Positions 60,695 to 64,000 of a stretch of DNA of 64,000 nt are shown here, one piece after another (position 1 is the first letter of the stretch; each line of letters begins with the position of its first letter). Position numbers and translations under genes: made by a program. The notes beneath the pieces are model-generated. The model saw nothing but the letters and a program-made list of their open reading frames with translations. It did no database searches and had not been told where the DNA came from. The DNA lies in assembly GCA_016234595.1 (NCBI GenBank), contig JACRBG010000047.1:1269-65268 (forward strand), in the 5' to 3' direction. The stretch is from Chloroflexota bacterium (GTDB lineage: Bacteria > Chloroflexota > Anaerolineae > Aggregatilineales > J027).

Positions 60695-61882
60695 ATGGGC
60701 TTTTTAATCGCAATTGCCAGTCTTCCCGGCCTGATCATCGGCGTATTATGCGGTCTAGTGCCACTAGGCATGGGCTTACGTCATCAACAGTTGAAATGGG
60801 GCATTATTGGGCTGGCGCTATGTGCGCTGGCAGGTTTCGCGTTTAGCTTGGTGGGCGGCCTTGTGATGTTGTTGTTGACAACAGCCGTGGTTATTTCCTA
60901 TGCCTACGTGGATCGGGAAGACCCTTTTACATCACGGGCTTCGTTAGATGCGGTCAATTTTGAGGAGTCGCAGCTTGAATTTTTGATGCGCCAGATGGCC
61001 GCATTGGGCCGAACTATTCGCCAAAGTATGCGTGCCTTAATGCGCAACAAAGCTGGTTTTTTGGGTTTTATCGGCATCCTGTTTTTTGTGGGTGTCTCGG
61101 TGTTTGGCCCATTGTTTATTGAATATGATGGTATTACCCATGTTGAACGCCGCCTACCGGGAGCGCGCACGCTGTTTCAAGGCCCTTCGGACGAACATAT
61201 TTTGGGCCTCGATTGGAAAGGCCGCGATATTCTTTCCCATATGGTGCATGGCGGGCGCAATCTGATTATCACCTCGCTTGAAGCAGGCCTAATTGCGACC
61301 TTGATCGCGGTTGTGGTGGGTGCGATTGCGGCTATGGTGGGTGGCCTTGTGGATCAAATTTTGTCGGCTATTGCTAATTTTATATTGACCATCCCACAAT
61401 TTCCGCTCCTATTGGTGCTGGCTTCTATCCTGAGTTTTAGCAGCCGTTTTTATATGGCCTTGTTATTTGCGGCGCTGAGTTGGCCTGCTTTGATGCGGGC
61501 GGTGCGTGCCCAAGTGCTCAGTCTGCGCGAACGTGATTATGTGCAGGCCGCCATTGCCCTCGATCTAGGCTTGCCACATATCATCATCCGTGAAGTCCTG
61601 CCCAATTTGATGAGTTATATCGTGGTCAATATGATTTTTTCCATCCGTTCGGCCATGTATTACATTGTCGGCCTTGTCTTTTTAGGCCTCGTTCCGCTTA
61701 AAGAGCCCGATTGGGGGGTGATGATTTTTACAGGCCGTCAGCAAGGAGCCATTTTTAACCCCGATGGCGCGAGTATGATCTTGTCACCCGTCATTGCCAT
61801 TGCCCTATTTCAATTGTCCCTGATTCTCTTCACCCGTTCGCTCGAAGAGGTCTTTAATCCGCGTCTGCGCTCAGGTCTATAG
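60695..61882 (+). CDS. ABC transporter permease (DppC/OppC-like) with about 110-aa N-terminal extension carrying extra TM helices
   Basis: Core from RALMRNKAGFLGFIGILFF. EAA-type loop RERDYVQAAIALDLGLPHIIIREVLPNLMS. 2-nt gap after the previous permease. Confidence 0.9.
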   Translation: MGFLIAIASLPGLIIGVLCGLVPLGMGLRHQQLKWGIIGLALCALAGFAFSLVGGLVMLLLTTAVVISYAYVDREDPFTSRASLDAVNFEESQLEFLMRQMAALGRTIRQSMRALMRNKAGFLGFIGILFFVGVSVFGPLFIEYDGITHVERRLPGARTLFQGPSDEHILGLDWKGRDILSHMVHGGRNLIITSLEAGLIATLIAVVVGAIAAMVGGLVDQILSAIANFILTIPQFPLLLVLASILSFSSRFYMALLFAALSWPALMRAVRAQVLSLRERDYVQAAIALDLGLPHIIIREVLPNLMSYIVVNMIFSIRSAMYYIVGLVFLGLVPLKEPDWGVMIFTGRQQGAIFNPDGASMILSPVIAIALFQLSLILFTRSLEEVFNPRLRSGL

Positions 61883-61891
61883 GAGAAAATA

Positions 61892-62929
61892 ATGGCAGGC
61901 CAAGATGTTGTCCTGAGTGTCCAAGACCTATCCATTGATTACTTAACGCGGCGCGGGCGACTGCAAGCGGTGAGCCATGTCTCATTTGATTTGCATCGCG
62001 GCGAAACATTGGCCCTGATTGGCGAAAGTGGTTGTGGTAAATCCACCTTAAATTTTGGCTTGATGCGTTTGTTGCCAAAAACCGCCCGTACTGAGGCTGG
62101 CAAAATTGTTTATACCGACCGCCAAAATCGCTCCATTAATATTCTGGAATTAAATCCACGTGCCCTGCGGCGTTTCCGCTGGTCAGAATGTGCGATGGTC
62201 TTCCAAGGGGCCCAAAATTCGTTGAATCCGGTCATTCATGTACGCGATATGATCTTTGATACAGCGCGTGCGCATGGCATGAATAATCGGAACGAGGTAC
62301 GCCAACGTGCCCTCGAATTATTCCGAAAAGTACGACTTGATCCTGACCGGGTGTTTAATGCTTATCCGCATGAACTCAGCGGTGGAATGCGTCAGCGGGT
62401 GCTGATTGCACTTGGCCTTCTACTAAACCCACAAGTCGTGATATTTGACGAACCCACGACAGCACTGGATATTCTGACCCAGCGCAGCATTTTAAATGTC
62501 CTACGCGATTTAAAAGAGGAACTTGGCTTTAGCTCCATTTTTATCAGCCATGATCTTGCGGTGGCGGCGGAAATTGCGGATACCGTAGCGACGATGTATG
62601 CAGGTGAGATTGTGGAGATGGGGCCAGTTAATGATATTTTCTATGAGCCACGGCACGCCTATACACTGGGGTTGATGGAAGCCTCACCGCGTTTAAGTGT
62701 GGGGCGCGAAGAATTAGAAGGTATTCCGGGCAGTCCACCCGATTTAGTTGAGCCTCCCACAGGCTGCAAATTCCATATTCGCTGCCCGTTGGCAATCGAA
62801 AGTTGTAAAACAACGCCGCCCCAACTGGAACGAGTCGGTGCGGGGCATATTGTTGCGTGTTATAAGAGTAATGAGGTATTGGAAAAGGGCAAGGCTTTGC
62901 GAGCGTTACCCGCGACCCACCTATCATAA
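61892..62929 (+). CDS. ABC transporter ATP-binding protein (DppD/OppD-like)
   Basis: Walker A GESGCGKST, signature LSGGMRQRVLIA, Walker B VIFDEPTTALD, oligopeptide C-terminal Cys motif CKFHIRCP. Confidence 0.93.
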   Translation: MAGQDVVLSVQDLSIDYLTRRGRLQAVSHVSFDLHRGETLALIGESGCGKSTLNFGLMRLLPKTARTEAGKIVYTDRQNRSINILELNPRALRRFRWSECAMVFQGAQNSLNPVIHVRDMIFDTARAHGMNNRNEVRQRALELFRKVRLDPDRVFNAYPHELSGGMRQRVLIALGLLLNPQVVIFDEPTTALDILTQRSILNVLRDLKEELGFSSIFISHDLAVAAEIADTVATMYAGEIVEMGPVNDIFYEPRHAYTLGLMEASPRLSVGREELEGIPGSPPDLVEPPTGCKFHIRCPLAIESCKTTPPQLERVGAGHIVACYKSNEVLEKGKALRALPATHLS

Positions 62930-62947
62930 AATGGACGATTTGAAATA

Positions 62948-63976
62948 ATGACCCAACAACCTTTAATTGAACTGCGCCATGTTGATCGTACCTTCAAAAA
63001 AGGACGCACTGAGATTGGCGTGCTCCAAGACATCAATTTAGCCGTCCACTCCGGTGAAATTTTGTGCCTTGTTGGGGAAAGTGGCTGCGGCAAAACGACC
63101 ACTGGTAAAATCATGGCGGGGTTGCTGGCAGCATCATCCGGCGAAGTATTGTATGAAGGCCAGCCGATTCAGGATCATAAAAGAAAAGCCAAGTCAGCCT
63201 ATCGGCGGGCATTGCAAATCGTCCATCAAGACCCCTTTGCTTCGCTCAATCCCTCCCATACCATTGGGCAAATTTTAAGCTACCCCCTCAAACGGCATCA
63301 GTTAGTCAACAGTCGGGCCGAATTACGCCGCCGTATCTGGGAACTACTGACATTGGTAGATTTGACACCGCCGGGGGATATTGTCAATAAATACCCGCAT
63401 CAACTGAGTGGGGGACAGCGCCAACGGGTCAGTATTGCACGGGCGCTATCAGTTAATCCACGCTTGATTGTGGCCGATGAAGCTGTCAGCATGGTGGATG
63501 TGAGCATCCGCATCAGCTTGCTTAAAACCTTGCAAAGCCTGCGCGATAAATTTGGGATTGCGATTGTTTTTATCACCCATGACCTTGCGCTTGCCAAATA
63601 TTTTGCGTGGGAAGGCCGGGTGGCGGTCATGTATCTGGGCCGAGTGGTCGAGATTGGCAGTACACCAGAGATTATTGGCAGCCCAACCCATCCCTATACT
63701 AAGGCACTTATTTCGGCCATCCCCGAAGCTGACCCGATTTTGACCCGCAGCAAACGAACTCTGCCCTTACGCAGCGACGAAATCCCTAGTTTGGTCAATA
63801 TCCCAGCAGGTTGCGCTTTCCATCCACGTTGCCCCTATTTTGTGCCGGGACTGTGTGATGATGCTGTGCCTGTGCTGCAACAGTTAAATGGGTTTGGGCA
63901 AGAAGTTGCTTGTACACCTTTGACACGAGGAATGGAACTAAAAATCAGTGAACCAGAACCCATCACCGCGTCGTGA
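62948..63976 (+). CDS. ABC transporter ATP-binding protein (DppF/OppF-like)
   Basis: Walker A GESGCGKTT, signature LSGGQRQRVSIARA, Walker B IVADEAVSMVD, C-terminal CAFHPRCP. Confidence 0.93.
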   Translation: MTQQPLIELRHVDRTFKKGRTEIGVLQDINLAVHSGEILCLVGESGCGKTTTGKIMAGLLAASSGEVLYEGQPIQDHKRKAKSAYRRALQIVHQDPFASLNPSHTIGQILSYPLKRHQLVNSRAELRRRIWELLTLVDLTPPGDIVNKYPHQLSGGQRQRVSIARALSVNPRLIVADEAVSMVDVSIRISLLKTLQSLRDKFGIAIVFITHDLALAKYFAWEGRVAVMYLGRVVEIGSTPEIIGSPTHPYTKALISAIPEADPILTRSKRTLPLRSDEIPSLVNIPAGCAFHPRCPYFVPGLCDDAVPVLQQLNGFGQEVACTPLTRGMELKISEPEPITAS

Positions 63977-64000
63977 GCCAGACGCTATTGAGATTTTTTT

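Noticed and set aside
1-64000. Search for CRISPR arrays, tRNA/rRNA genes, IS elements, integrases, prophage or an obvious genomic island
   Set aside because: I saw no regularly spaced direct repeats, no cloverleaf-like or rRNA-like segments in the short intergenic regions, and no transposase, integrase or phage-like ORFs. I saw no striking compositional break by eye, but composition was not computed.

Overview
Gene-dense 64-kb chromosomal window with about 51 protein-coding genes on both strands. I found no rRNA, tRNA, CRISPR array, transposase or integrase. The families present (Chlor_Arch_YYY/DUF2298 giant membrane proteins, DUF4397, Hanks kinases with SH3b or PDZ tails, lipobox lipoproteins, GGAGG-type ribosome binding sites) suggest a Chloroflexota-like bacterium; this is inference only. 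Layout: (i) 1-16156, minus strand: tightly packed envelope-glycosylation-type locus with a stand-alone RAM-domain protein, a CheY receiver, a 539-aa GT-C-like protein, a UPF0104 flippase-like protein, a GT4 glycosyltransferase, a SAM methyltransferase, a 904-aa ArnT/PMT-like GT-C, a 2373-aa GT-C::YYY fusion and a further truncated YYY paralog. (ii) 17908-26183, minus: complete phosphate locus phoB-phoR-pstS-pstC-pstA-pstB-arsC-phoU, including a fasciclin::PstS fusion. (iii) 26355-33042, plus: two paralogous Ser/Thr kinases, an M50 site-2 protease and a GCS2 carboxylate-amine ligase. (iv) 33232-37711, minus: M23 peptidase, DUF4397 protein, TPR membrane protein, STAS protein. (v) 37921-47150: tgt operon with an orphan PstS-like lipoprotein, C39-like peptidase, YqeK, purine nucleoside phosphorylase, two hypotheticals, WYL regulator, hydrolase, GNAT. 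(vi) 47154-53513, minus: molybdenum hydroxylase operon with YqeB and YqeC::MocA accessory genes, the signature of the labile-selenium class. (vii) 53671-55485: PrsW-like intramembrane protease fused to a cNMP-binding domain. (viii) 55509-63976: M24 peptidase, PIG-L deacetylase and a five-gene peptide-type ABC importer. The best novelty candidates are the multi-GT-C/YYY locus, the Se-type Mo-hydroxylase operon with an embedded membrane protein, and the PrsW::cNMP fusion. Limits: all family calls rest on motifs recognised by eye, and no HMM, BLAST or folding was run. The ORF track starts at the first ATG/GTG/TTG, so several starts were re-set using SD-like sites and remain uncertain by tens of nucleotides.
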